A stretch of 64,000 nucleotides of DNA, taken from the IMG/VR virus record IMGVR_UViG_3300047564_005375, positions 2,847 to 66,846 of that record; one strand, given 5' to 3'. The translations under genes and the position numbers were made by a program. The notes below the pieces were generated by a model that worked only from the letters and a program-made list of their open reading frames with translations, ran no database searches and was not told the DNA's origin. This DNA comes from a virus. Below are positions 21,560 to 31,900 of this stretch, piece by piece. The stretch's first letter is position 1; each line of letters begins with the position of its first letter.

Positions 21560-22840
21560 TTAGAATAGGTCGTTAAGTGTAATTGATTTTGATTTTTTAC
21601 TGTAGTTGATACTTCTTTTATTGAAGAAATCAGTGTGTTTGGTCGTTAGAATTTCATCATCGAACCATTCTGTAGTCTCCAATAACTTTTCATCAGTTTC
21701 AAATACATTGTCAATTCCTATAGAGTTCAAAGATACATTGAAACGATGTTTAATAAATTCTATTGTTTGTTCTTTTGTGAGAAAATCTACATCTCCCTTT
21801 TCAAAAATCCAATCAACGATTTCTGATTCAGCTTCGAACGCTTCAATGGTTGCTTGTTTCAAATCTTCAACAAGTTCGTTAGTCCACCAACTTGGGTTTT
21901 CTTTCTTGATAAGGTTCACCAAATCAAAACCAAACTCAGCGTGGATATTTTCTTCTTTTGAAGTCGCCTCAACAGCGTTACTCATACCCTTCAAAACATT
22001 TTTGTGTTTGTTAAATGACATGATAACCAAGAATTGAGAGAACAAAGATACGTTCTCAACAAACATTGAAAACAAAACAACCGATTCAAAGTAGTCTTGG
22101 TTTTCCACCGACTTGGACGTCGAAATAGATTTTTCCAAATACTTAATTCTTCTACGAATAGCCGGTACCTCCAAAAGATTTTCAAACTCTTTGTTCAATC
22201 CAAGAAGTTGAAGGAGGTGTGAATAAGCATCTGCGTGTCTTACTTCAGACTCAGCAAAAGTTGCCCCAACACTTCCGATTTCGGGTTTTGGTAATCTTTT
22301 GTAAATGTCACCCCAAAAGGTCTTTACCGCAATTTCAATTTGGGAAATTGCCAACATAGCTCTTTGTACCGCTGATTGTTCTTTTTCATTCAAATGAACT
22401 TTGAAATCTTGAATGTCAGAAGTGAAATTGAATTCTGTATGAACCCAATAAGAGTGTCGGATTGCGTCAACATACTCAACCAAATTAGGATACTCGTAAG
22501 GTTTAAGAGCAATCCTCTTGGTGAAGATGTTTGGTTGATGTTTTGAACGGTAAATGATGTATTCCTTAGCAACATCATTTAATCCGTTATCCATCAACTT
22601 ATTCTCCACCATGTCGTGAATTTCATCAACATGTGGGACATAAATTTTGTTGTTTCTAAAAATACTTTTCTTTGTGATACGAGCGATTTTTTCAGCCATT
22701 TCATGGTCAACTTTGCCAACAGACAACATTGCTTTAGCAACAGCGTTTTTAATCTTCTCTTCCTCGAAAGGTACTTTATCACCACTTCGTTTAATAACGA
22801 AACGTGGTTCAACTGAGTTAACTAATTCAGAATTATTCAT
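21560..22840 (-). CDS. nrdB: Ribonucleotide reductase beta subunit with N-terminal ATP-cone (class Id-like)
   Basis: ATP-cone VIKRSGDKVPFEEEKI...VDEIHDMVENKLM...YIIYR; ligands QIEIAVK, ESEVRHADAY, VENVSLF, EENIH. Start placed at ATG 22840 to avoid overlap with the helicase. Confidence 0.95.
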   Translation of the reverse strand: MNNSELVNSVEPRFVIKRSGDKVPFEEEKIKNAVAKAMLSVGKVDHEMAEKIARITKKSIFRNNKIYVPHVDEIHDMVENKLMDNGLNDVAKEYIIYRSKHQPNIFTKRIALKPYEYPNLVEYVDAIRHSYWVHTEFNFTSDIQDFKVHLNEKEQSAVQRAMLAISQIEIAVKTFWGDIYKRLPKPEIGSVGATFAESEVRHADAYSHLLQLLGLNKEFENLLEVPAIRRRIKYLEKSISTSKSVENQDYFESVVLFSMFVENVSLFSQFLVIMSFNKHKNVLKGMSNAVEATSKEENIHAEFGFDLVNLIKKENPSWWTNELVEDLKQATIEAFEAESEIVDWIFEKGDVDFLTKEQTIEFIKHRFNVSLNSIGIDNVFETDEKLLETTEWFDDEILTTKHTDFFNKRSINYSKKSKSITLNDLF

Positions 22841-22874
22841 AATACTTGAGTTTAAATAAATTTTTGACAGAGAA

Positions 22875-24251
22875 TTAAATTGGTTGTTGTTCTCTTTGAC
22901 GGCGTTTTTCCAAAAGCTCCCTAACCCTATCACCTTTCTTCTGTTCTTGTTGTTCCTCAAATCCAAGGAAGGTTACAGAAGACTCAGTGTCGATTACCAA
23001 GAGTTCGTTGTCGAACTTACAGTTCTCAAAGACAATACCATCTTGTCCCAAACGAGACTTGGTAATTGCGATTGTTGCCAACTTCATTTCTTTTTGTTGG
23101 AGTGTTTTGGCTACTGAGATAATAACGTGTCCAACTTGAGCCTTTTTGATGGAACCACCCATTTGGTCAGTGGTTACAACTTCTGAAGAAATTGAACTAC
23201 GGTTACCTTGAGTCGCAGTCCATCCTGCAATTCCAAGTTCGTGACACATCGCCTCGAAATGTCTCATAACTGAACCTTCAGCTTTCCACTCGTCAGTTTT
23301 GAGGTTGTCGGGAACCACACAATCGATGTAGTCCAAAGTAATCATGTCAACCTTGGTGCCGTCGGCAATCATCTTACGTACCTGATTCTTAATCTGATTC
23401 ATTGTCATTGTATCTGACGGAAGTTTTTTCAGAATAAGTTTGTTTGGCATCGTGTTTTTGATTTCCTCGACCTTCTCCATTACCTCTTCTCTTCTTGTCG
23501 CCAAGTTATCTGGTTCGATACCAGTCCATATAGTGAAATGCTTTCTTTGAATAATCTTCGGGTTGTCCTCGAAGAAAATTTGTAAGACATTATACCCCAT
23601 GTTGAAAGCGGTGTTGGCAATCTTGGTCATCAATGTGGTTTTACCAACCCCTGTAGGAGCCAATATTACACCAATTTCCCCTTTAGCCAAACCACCTTTA
23701 AGAAGACGGTCAATACCTTCGATACCCATAGGAATGGGATGTCTGAAATCGTCATTCAGAACATCGTCCAAACCCGAGAAAATATCGGTGGTACCAGTAT
23801 CTCTCTCTCCAACTTGGAGTGCTTCTCGTACCATCCCTTCAACCGCATCGTAGGATTCAAAGTCTCCTTGGTCGATGATTTTTTGGGCTTTGTTCATCGC
23901 CTTTTGAAGCTCTTGTTGTTTACAGAACTTAAGGGCTTTTTCTTGAACGAAAGGAACTCCTTCAAACGGTGCCTCTTGAACTTGTTTGATTGTGTCAATA
24001 ACAATCTTTAAGGCTAACTCTTGAGAAATCTCCGTCTTGGCAATTTGTTCCAAGGTTTCGAAGTTGGGTGAGGACTGGTATTTTCCGTAGTATTCACGGA
24101 CCATTTGGACAATCAACTTAAAGTATTTGTTGTCAAAATAGGAAGCCTCTAAAACATCAATGATGGACTGTGCGAACTCTTTGTCTGTAATAATTTGATT
24201 GATTAATTGTAGTTGAAATGTATTGCCGAGATAGTCAAAATTCTTATTCAT
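22875..24251 (-). CDS. dnaB: Replicative DNA helicase (DnaB / T4 gp41-like)
   Basis: Walker A APTGVGKT; LDYID; WTATQGNR; KSRLG. Confidence 0.9.
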   Translation of the reverse strand: MNKNFDYLGNTFQLQLINQIITDKEFAQSIIDVLEASYFDNKYFKLIVQMVREYYGKYQSSPNFETLEQIAKTEISQELALKIVIDTIKQVQEAPFEGVPFVQEKALKFCKQQELQKAMNKAQKIIDQGDFESYDAVEGMVREALQVGERDTGTTDIFSGLDDVLNDDFRHPIPMGIEGIDRLLKGGLAKGEIGVILAPTGVGKTTLMTKIANTAFNMGYNVLQIFFEDNPKIIQRKHFTIWTGIEPDNLATRREEVMEKVEEIKNTMPNKLILKKLPSDTMTMNQIKNQVRKMIADGTKVDMITLDYIDCVVPDNLKTDEWKAEGSVMRHFEAMCHELGIAGWTATQGNRSSISSEVVTTDQMGGSIKKAQVGHVIISVAKTLQQKEMKLATIAITKSRLGQDGIVFENCKFDNELLVIDTESSVTFLGFEEQQEQKKGDRVRELLEKRRQREQQPI

Positions 24252-24275
24252 AGAGTCGCGTGTATCAATTAAATA

Positions 24276-24728
24276 TTACCGAGAAAGGTCATATCCAAGC
24301 AGGTCGTACGTTAAATTTTCACCTGAAAAAATGTCAGTCAAACCTTTCAAAATGTTTTTCAAGCTGGGACGTACGTCAACCGTATATCTTACTTTTGGTG
24401 GGAACATTTTCCCGTCAAAAATTCTGTGAAAAATTGTTTCGTCTGAAATTTTGACATACATGTTGAAGTTCTCAGGACCGTCCGTGTTGGCAGTATTCAT
24501 CAAATCTGGGTCCAAGAAAATTGCGTCTTGATTGTCCATCATATACATGACCGTTTTCATTTTAAGGTCATCAACCAAAGTAAGCTCGATGTCTTTCATC
24601 AACTCCTGAAGTTGAACCGAGCGACGTGCTTTGGGGTTATAGTTACGGACATTATAAAATCTCTGAACAACGATGTTTTCATTCAGAGTCAAAAGGAACT
24701 CCATTTTAATTACGGATTCTTCTTTCAT
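24276..24728 (-). CDS. Hypothetical protein in the replication operon (150 aa)
   Basis: ORF coupled between the exonuclease and helicase genes. Confidence 0.7.
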   Translation of the reverse strand: MKEESVIKMEFLLTLNENIVVQRFYNVRNYNPKARRSVQLQELMKDIELTLVDDLKMKTVMYMMDNQDAIFLDPDLMNTANTDGPENFNMYVKISDETIFHRIFDGKMFPPKVRYTVDVRPSLKNILKGLTDIFSGENLTYDLLGYDLSR

Positions 24729-25738
24729 AATTGTGTTTGATTTTGTTGATTAAATTTTCGTTTTTCTTTACGAGTTAGTTTCATAAAAGGTTTTAAGAAA
24801 TCTACAAAAGCCTCGTCATCTTTTGGTAGATATTTGAAGAATCCATCTTCGGTCATCATAACAATAATGTTTCTGAAACCTCTACCCTCAGGGTCTAAAG
24901 TTTCACTATAATACTGTTCAACGATTTGTTTAGCTTCTTCAGAGATAAGTGGGTTTTTCAAGTCCACAATGGTTTGGTTTGTTACGTAAAATTCTTCACC
25001 CAGTTCTCCGTTTTTAGTTACACCTGATAAAATATTCCTTAAGACAACATCTTTGTTTTCTTTTACCAATTCTTTTGTCTTGGTTAAAATATCATCAACA
25101 GAAAGTTTCATATCAAGGACCTCAGGGAAAAATTTTACAAAAGTTTTCTCACCCAATAATTTAATACCATCAATATTATCGGACTTGTCTCCCATTAAAA
25201 TTTTGGTGGTCAATACGTTATCGTGTGGGATATAAAAATCCCCCATTTTAACCTTGTCCCCAAAGTTATACATTTCTCTTTTTATGGGTGAAAAAACTGA
25301 TGTTGTTCTGTCAACAAGTTGAAGCAAATCTTTATCGGAAGAAAAAACAATTTTTTCTTCATCAGATGCCCTACTACAATAATAGGCAATAAGGTCATCA
25401 GATTCATTCTGACGTACTTCAACCTGTCGGACAAAACATTCCTCCAAGTACTCTTTAGTTCGTTTCTTTTGGGAATAATATGACTCGAGTTTTGCCTCGT
25501 TCATATCATTCCTACGATTCATTTTGTACTGAGGATATAATTCACGACGTTGGATTGAGTTTTCGACTCCGTCCCAAAAGACGATGATTTTGTCGTACTC
25601 GTTTTGTTCCAATTGCCGTCTAAGGGTGTTGAGAAAGTGGAAAACACCCCCGATGTGATTTCCTTCCACGAATAAGTCCTTGACTCCGTGGAATCCAATT
25701 TTGAATAGATTGTCTCCATCAACAAGAAGTGTTTTCAC
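24725..25738 (-). CDS. 5'-3' exonuclease / flap endonuclease (T4 RNase H-like)
   Basis: LLVDGDN, YKMNR, ESDDLIA, SSDKDLLQL, MGDKSDNIDGI. Confidence 0.92.
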   Translation of the reverse strand: MKTLLVDGDNLFKIGFHGVKDLFVEGNHIGGVFHFLNTLRRQLEQNEYDKIIVFWDGVENSIQRRELYPQYKMNRRNDMNEAKLESYYSQKKRTKEYLEECFVRQVEVRQNESDDLIAYYCSRASDEEKIVFSSDKDLLQLVDRTTSVFSPIKREMYNFGDKVKMGDFYIPHDNVLTTKILMGDKSDNIDGIKLLGEKTFVKFFPEVLDMKLSVDDILTKTKELVKENKDVVLRNILSGVTKNGELGEEFYVTNQTIVDLKNPLISEEAKQIVEQYYSETLDPEGRGFRNIIVMMTEDGFFKYLPKDDEAFVDFLKPFMKLTRKEKRKFNQQNQTQL

Positions 25739-25749
25739 AAAAAGGAAAA

Positions 25750-26757
25750 TTAGTTTTCTTCCTTTTCTTCCTTCAACACAAAGTCACCATCCGAACCGAT
25801 GATTTCCTTCCAATAGTCAGAGTACTCCTTCTTGTAAGCCTCAATTGAAGCTTTCTCTTCAGCAGCCTCCTTACCGGCTAAGAAACCGTGGGGGGTGACA
25901 ATAATCTTTCCGTCTTCGTAACCCAATCCATTGATGTGGTTCTTCATAACAGAAATTTTGGTACGAGAGGCGAACTTCACAGTACGCTTGTCCTTGGTCG
26001 CAGTAATCTTGGTGGTACCCGCACCTTTTTGATTACCAAACAAGAACACCAAAGAAGAGTTGAGCCACACAGACTCTCCACCCTTGGCTTTGATTTTGGG
26101 TTGTCCGAATGGATTGTCGGGAAGTTCAACCCAAGGTTGGTTGACAATGATAAGAGTATTCTCAAACTTGGAGTCCGCTTTACGTGAACCCGAAATTCGT
26201 TGGTTGATACCCATACCAATCTTGTCTGACAACACCGAAGCGTTGTGTTGTTTACCACCCTTACCTTCGTAGGTCATCTTACAGGGAACAGAACCCACAG
26301 AATCCCACAAGAAACATAAGCTGTAATCCAACTCACCCTTCTCTTGAGCATCCAACAAATCGTTGATGTAATCGGTGATTTGTTCAATGTACTCAAAGTT
26401 GTTATTGAAGATGAAAAATCCATCCCAATCCAACTCTCCAGTTTCTTGGTCAACCACTTCTTCACATTGAAGTCCCATCAGTCGAGCGTGTTCAAAACTC
26501 CACTTTTGTTCGGTGATGATAAACACAGGAAGGATTTCTTTCTTTTGAGCATCCACCGCAGTTTTAATCATCGCAGTGGTCTTACCCGTGTCAGAGTGAC
26601 CCAAGAACATATTGATGTGTCCAATAGCAGGACCAGGAAGTCCCACGGCGTCCAAGAACTCTTGACCACAATCAAAGAATCGTTGTGGTTTGTACTTGGC
26701 AGAAGTTGAAAACTTCTTCTTAATTGACCCGAAATCAGTTGCTTTCTTTATTGCCAT
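25750..26757 (-). CDS. uvsX: RecA/UvsX-like recombinase
   Basis: Walker A GHSDTGKT; Walker B FLWDSVG; IIVNQ; KGG; KNH. Confidence 0.85.
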   Translation of the reverse strand: MAIKKATDFGSIKKKFSTSAKYKPQRFFDCGQEFLDAVGLPGPAIGHINMFLGHSDTGKTTAMIKTAVDAQKKEILPVFIITEQKWSFEHARLMGLQCEEVVDQETGELDWDGFFIFNNNFEYIEQITDYINDLLDAQEKGELDYSLCFLWDSVGSVPCKMTYEGKGGKQHNASVLSDKIGMGINQRISGSRKADSKFENTLIIVNQPWVELPDNPFGQPKIKAKGGESVWLNSSLVFLFGNQKGAGTTKITATKDKRTVKFASRTKISVMKNHINGLGYEDGKIIVTPHGFLAGKEAAEEKASIEAYKKEYSDYWKEIIGSDGDFVLKEEKEEN

Positions 26758-26971
26758 TGTATTTCCAAAATTCAGTTAGTACTTGTAGTTTGTCACTTGC
26801 GTTTGCGAGTTTCTCAACCATATTATCCATCTCTTCGAGCATCTGTGGGTGTTCTCCAATACCCGCAGCGTTTTCAAGATAAATCATCAAAGTCGCCTCG
26901 GCTTCTAAGATTTGAGCCTCATACTTTCTTTTGAGACTGTCAATCATTTTTTGTCTTGTTTCTTTTGTCAT
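26735..26971 (-). CDS. Small conserved phage hypothetical protein (78 aa)
   Basis: Helical ORF with YLENAAGIGEHPQ motif of the kind seen in T4-like phages. Confidence 0.7.
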   Translation of the reverse strand: MTKETRQKMIDSLKRKYEAQILEAEATLMIYLENAAGIGEHPQMLEEMDNMVEKLANASDKLQVLTEFWKYNGNKESN

Positions 26972-26975
26972 GATG

Positions 26976-27012
26976 AAAAAAATAAAGTGGGGCAGACAAC
27001 GCCTACCCCACT
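26976..27012 (-). terminator. Rho-independent terminator after the ssDNA-binding protein gene
   Basis: AGTGGGGTAGGC-GTT-GTCTGCCCCACT followed by TTATTTTTTT. Confidence 0.85.
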
Positions 27013-27017
27013 ATTAA

Positions 27018-27872
27018 TTAAAATGGTAAGTCTTCGTCAATAGGTGCGTTAGCTTGAGGGTCAACGTAAGAAGAACTCTTTGAACTTGAACCACCGTAGG
27101 TTTCAGTTCCTTCTTCGTCGTTACCATAAACGTAACCACCCTTGTCACTATCCCAACGTGGTACTTCACCACGAGCAATCGCCTCAAGATACTCAACGGG
27201 TTTCTTTGAGTATACATCCAACCAAGTGAGTTCGTCATCAACCCATTCTTTCATGAGTTTAGCGTCTTCGTGAGTTGGGGTGGGGTCATCGTACATAATA
27301 GTTGATACTGTGGTGTACGCAGCTCCCTTAGGTGTCTTTTGTTTGGTGAGTTCAATGATAAGGTCACGACCTTTATCGGGGTCAGTAATGTCACCTTTGT
27401 TTCTCCAAATGGGGATAATTTTATCCAAGATACCTTCATTCTTGTAATTGTGTTTGAAACGCCAGAACTTAACTCCGTCACCTTCAGCATCACGGTCAAT
27501 CACTTTAACAATGTAAAACTTACGAGACTTGTATTGCTTAGCAAGTTCTTTGTCGGATTCTTTACCCGTAGCCATAAGTTCTTCATAAACCTCATTCAAA
27601 GGAGAACGTTCGTTGTCATTCTTGCCTGGGTCATAAAACTTCTGCCATTTACCACCCACTTGGATTTCATGGTACCAAGCCTCCTTGAAGGGTGAACTAC
27701 CGTCTTTGGTAGGGAGGATACGGACACGGCGAGTACCCGAATTTGATTTGTCATCAAGAATGAGAGCGAAGTATTTCTTCATTCTCTCGTCTTGAGACAT
27801 CTTTCCCTGTCCGCCACCTGTGGCTTGTTGGGATTTTTCATACTGTGCTAAAACTGCGTCTAAAGAGCTCAT
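27018..27872 (-). CDS. Single-stranded DNA-binding protein (T4 gp32-like)
   Basis: VRILP, WYH, FYIVKVIDRD, DITDPDKGRDL and acidic tail DEDLPF; next to the recombinase. Confidence 0.8.
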   Translation of the reverse strand: MSSLDAVLAQYEKSQQATGGGQGKMSQDERMKKYFALILDDKSNSGTRRVRILPTKDGSSPFKEAWYHEIQVGGKWQKFYDPGKNDNERSPLNEVYEELMATGKESDKELAKQYKSRKFYIVKVIDRDAEGDGVKFWRFKHNYKNEGILDKIIPIWRNKGDITDPDKGRDLIIELTKQKTPKGAAYTTVSTIMYDDPTPTHEDAKLMKEWVDDELTWLDVYSKKPVEYLEAIARGEVPRWDSDKGGYVYGNDEEGTETYGGSSSKSSSYVDPQANAPIDEDLPF

Positions 27873-27901
27873 AGGAAATAAAAATTAATGTTAGTTGTTT
27901 A

Positions 27902-27930
27902 ATGTTAGTAAAAAAAAGTTACATGGTCAA
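27902..27930 (-). promoter_or_regulatory. Sigma70-like early/middle promoter for the replication operon
   Basis: TTGACC-17 nt-TAACAT upstream of the ssb gene. Confidence 0.6.
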
Positions 27931-27946
27931 ATTCTATCATGAAAAT

Positions 27947-27975
27947 AAAAAAAGGTTGTGTTACCACAACCCTTA
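27947..27975 (-). terminator. Rho-independent terminator ending the late transcript
   Basis: GGTTGTG-GTAA-CACAACC followed by a T-run. Confidence 0.75.
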
Positions 27976-28000
27976 ATTATAATCATATCTACATTGGAAA

Positions 28001-28636
28001 TCAGTACTTAAATGGATTTTCATATCCATCGTCGAACTTATCAAATGTCTTTTTGATTTCAGCTGGTGAAATATTTTCAACCTCATCCGAAGTGAGAACA
28101 TACTCATGCTTACCAGCCTTTTCAAAGTCTTCTTTCTTGTCGTCAAAGAAGTCTGTCAACTTTTGGTTGAATGGACCTGAGTCCAAACTTCTTAATTCGA
28201 GTTTCTCTTGTGGAGTCTTCTCTCTGTATTTCTCAATCTTAGTCTCAATTGAGTTCAACTTGTTAACCAAGTTGTCCATGTCTGCCAACTTTGTCTCGAG
28301 GTTACTTAAATAACCAAATAGTTGTTGGAAGTAATCATCTTGTTTTTTCTCGATACCTTTTTGTGAGTTAACCAAATCGGTGATTTCTAATTCTTCAGTA
28401 CCACCTTCATTTGATTCTGTAGATTGCCCTTCACTATCAATTTTTTCGACTTCAGTATCTTGAGCCACGTCAATCTTAACAGGGGGTCCCGCAGGTGCTT
28501 CAGGAGTTGCAGCAGTCTCGGGTGCCGTTGCGGGTTCATCCGCAGGTTCTAAAGCCAAGTCAGCTTGTTCAGTAATATACTTGTTGATTTTGTGGTGTCT
28601 CTCAATTTCCCTGAGAATCTTCTTGTCAATTTCCAT
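28001..28636 (-). CDS. Acidic coiled-coil hypothetical protein (211 aa), possibly head-internal
   Basis: ORF with N-terminal LRE/ITE motifs and an A/E/P-rich linker. Confidence 0.65.
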   Translation of the reverse strand: MEIDKKILREIERHHKINKYITEQADLALEPADEPATAPETAATPEAPAGPPVKIDVAQDTEVEKIDSEGQSTESNEGGTEELEITDLVNSQKGIEKKQDDYFQQLFGYLSNLETKLADMDNLVNKLNSIETKIEKYREKTPQEKLELRSLDSGPFNQKLTDFFDDKKEDFEKAGKHEYVLTSDEVENISPAEIKKTFDKFDDGYENPFKY

Positions 28637-28640
28637 TTGA

Positions 28641-28865
28641 TTAACCGTTTAACAATGTCTTTATACCGTGCGAAGTTTCAACTTTTACTTTTCTGTTTGC
28701 TGTTACAGAATGTCCGGCTCTTTCTATCAACCCATCTCTGTCACGAACAACATAGCAGTCTCCCGTGTCAAGGTCACACACTTCAGTAGTACCATCACCA
28801 TTGCTTCTTGAGGAAATTCTGGTGTTCTTTCCAAGGTACTGATTCAATTTTTGATTTAAATCCAT
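28641..28865 (-). CDS. Hypothetical protein (74 aa)
   Basis: ORF preceded by TATTTAT; contains CDLDTGDC. Confidence 0.65.
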   Translation of the reverse strand: MDLNQKLNQYLGKNTRISSRSNGDGTTEVCDLDTGDCYVVRDRDGLIERAGHSVTANRKVKVETSHGIKTLLNG

Positions 28866-28906
28866 AATTTAAGATTTTACTATAAATATCAACTAATATA
28901 CAAACA

Positions 28907-31900
28907 TCAACAATTTGAACCCGTTAAGTCACATGTAGTTCCATATAGAATAATGTTAGCCCCATTTGTTCCTGTTGGATAACATTCACAACAAGGGTCT
29001 TGTAGTATTGTCTGCATGTCTTGGACTGAAATGATTTCGTCAGCATCAAAACCTAACGCAGGACATTCTAAAGGAATTACGGAGCGAACAAATGTGAAAA
29101 TATGTTCTTTTGCCGGAGTAGTAACGGAAACTCTAATAACAACCGAGTAGTTTGGTTGATTACCCGCTAAACGAGAAAGTACCGTTCTCCATCCGTCAGT
29201 TGTGGATGTGTATTGACCTGAAGACACAACCTGATTTGGTGTCAAAGTAAAATCCGCAATATTAAGACTTCCTACAGTTCCTGTCTGAGCAATGTAAATT
29301 CTAGCCGGATATGACTGACTGAGTTGTCCTGTGATTGAGAATATACCCGTCAAGTTAGCGGTGGGACTTCCATATCTAATGGATAAATTAGAGGTACCCA
29401 AAATAGCACTGTTGTTAAGAATCACATCATCACTTGATTGTGGAATGACCGATGTTGAACTTGGTGTTGGTGTTGGAATTGGGTTACCAGTGTTCGGACC
29501 AACTCCGAATTGGAATACGGCATTACTTGGTGTTGGTGTACAGGTCGGAACAATTTGGTTTGTTGTGTTCAGATTATTGACAACAGGACTTGGTGCCGGT
29601 GTTGGGATTAACGGAATGTTTGATTTGAACGGTGGCGTTTCTTGACCCTGTAATTTATCCATAAGGATTTTAGCTTTAGTCAATGCAATTTGAACCTCAG
29701 GGTTTCTTGTTTGACTTACTCCTGTCGGATATGGGTAGTTCTGTAGATAGAACGTCTCCAAAGATTTCTGTCTGATTTGTCCAATCTTATCTCTTAGACG
29801 GTCTCTCATGAATTGTAAGAAATCGTTAGTTGTTGCAAACATTGCAACAGGATTCGAAACTTTAGAATTCTGATTCGTGGTAAAGTTACGACACGAATAC
29901 GTTCTCAAGAAATATTTTTCAACTAAATCGGAATAGTTGTATTCTAAAGTTATCTTACCATAGTTGTTGTCGTATCCATTAAATCGATTGTCACTGAAAC
30001 TTGAAACATAACAAATGGCAAAGATAACAAATTGCAGATTTTGGTCAGGAGTCACTAACTTGATTTCATTATACAATTGTTCGGCATTCAACTTAGTATC
30101 TGTTCCAGCAACACTTTGGAATCCAAGTACGTCTAAGTATGGATATTCTTTAACTTTAGCGGTACAAGAATTCTGTTCAGCCGTCGTTGTGTTTGGATTA
30201 GTAGATTTGTTGGCATTTTTCTGTTGAGTAGTGGTTGTAACAGAAACGTCGTCTTTTCTTTGTTTTACAGCACTTATAACTTTTGAAACTAAGTTCTTGT
30301 TTACACTCATTAAATAATTGTCGATAAGTGGTAAATCAAAAACACTTTGTCTGATACCAGTAAATTGAGTTTGGAAAGAACCTGGTGTGACGGTGTGGTT
30401 TACATCCGTAATCATATACGAACCATTGAACATCGGCACGTGTCTCAAATTAAAGTACATTGTTGGTTGAATAAGAGCATTACCGAATGAAACGACCTCA
30501 CAGTTGTAACTCATGTTCTTATAGATGTTGTACAAAGAAACATTCTGAGTCGCAGTATTTCTACCAGAAGCGAAGTCCGCCATCTGATTGATTTGTTGAA
30601 TAGACTCTGAGGTCGCTTTCCCCATGTTTTGGTCAACACGGAATGAATAGAATATATTTTGGTTTCTTGTTCCTATGTCAACATTAAACCCAACGACTTT
30701 ATTATTAAACAAGGTGTTGACGTTCTCTTCCTGTCTTACAAGTGGATTGTTGTTGGCGCGAATATCAAAAGCATCACTTCTGAACAAGAAGTTTTTGTTG
30801 CCCTTCATGTCTAAGTAACTTGAGGGTCTTCCACTATAGAAACAAATAAGTTTGGGTCCTGAATTTCTATAATCAACATTTAAGAATGTACCCCACATGT
30901 CATTAGCAAAATCTTGTGGAGTTTGGTCTACATCATTTGCATTGTTACCGGCAACATCTTGAGTTTGGTTATAGAAATTAACATACGCCGGAAGAGGCAT
31001 CACCGAAAAATGGTTTTTCGTGAGAATACCAGCCAAGAATACAAAGACACTCATGTTGTAATTTATGGAATCAGAATCCGTAATTCTTTCCAAATCAAAA
31101 ATGTCGATAAGAATCTTTTGACCAATATCTCTCGATGCCCTATCCAAGAACATGATGTCTTCAAACAAAGAACTCTCTTTGAAATTTGAACCCGCAATCC
31201 ATTTATCATTCAATGCTTTGAACACCTCGTAAAGTTCTACCTTTGGCTGACTTCCATCATATTGTGATTGGATTCTACCTTCAGGTAATTGACTAATCTC
31301 AGGTAACCCTTTTTGAGTTAGTATTATTGTTTGGTTCAAAGATTGGTCGAAAAATTCTTGATAAGTTGTAAGGTAACTCTGTAATTGTCCCGCAAAATCT
31401 TGAGCAGTAAGATTTGGATTGTCTAATTTTTGCGTGGCGTACAACTTAATCAATTGACTAAGTTCTGTGGCATTAAACTCGTTAAACTGAATGTTTGAAG
31501 ATATGAAGAAATCTGTGATGTAAGATGAATTTCCAACGTAGTTCAGTTCAGGTATTGTTGAGAATCCAACACTCAAATCCAATCCTCTCCATGCGTTCTG
31601 ATTCACTAAACGTGAGGTCAAGAATGTAGTTGTACCCCCACCATCAGGAAGTGAACCCTGTACATAAGGACTAAATGGGATTGGGTCCGCAACTGTAAGA
31701 TTACCTGTAACATATGAAATATAGGAATCAACTATCCTTCTACGATAAACCGTTGGATTACCCATTCTTAGGGCGACGTCATAACCCATAAGGTTTTGAA
31801 TTTTGGAAACAAAACTCCCATATTGATTATCAATAATTTTAACAAACAAATCTTCCTCGTCCGAGTAAGTCGGTGGTAAAGGCACACTTAATAACTCCCT

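Noticed and set aside
22841-22966. N-terminal extension of NrdB in the ORF track (likewise extended starts at 4953, 50711, 50805, 51139, 59055, 61230)
   Set aside because: These overlap neighbouring genes or regulatory elements; downstream ATGs fit better.
19832-24251. Inteins or introns in nrdA, nrdB, dnaB (also checked polB)
   Set aside because: Lengths are normal, and no intein ends or homing-endonuclease motifs were seen.
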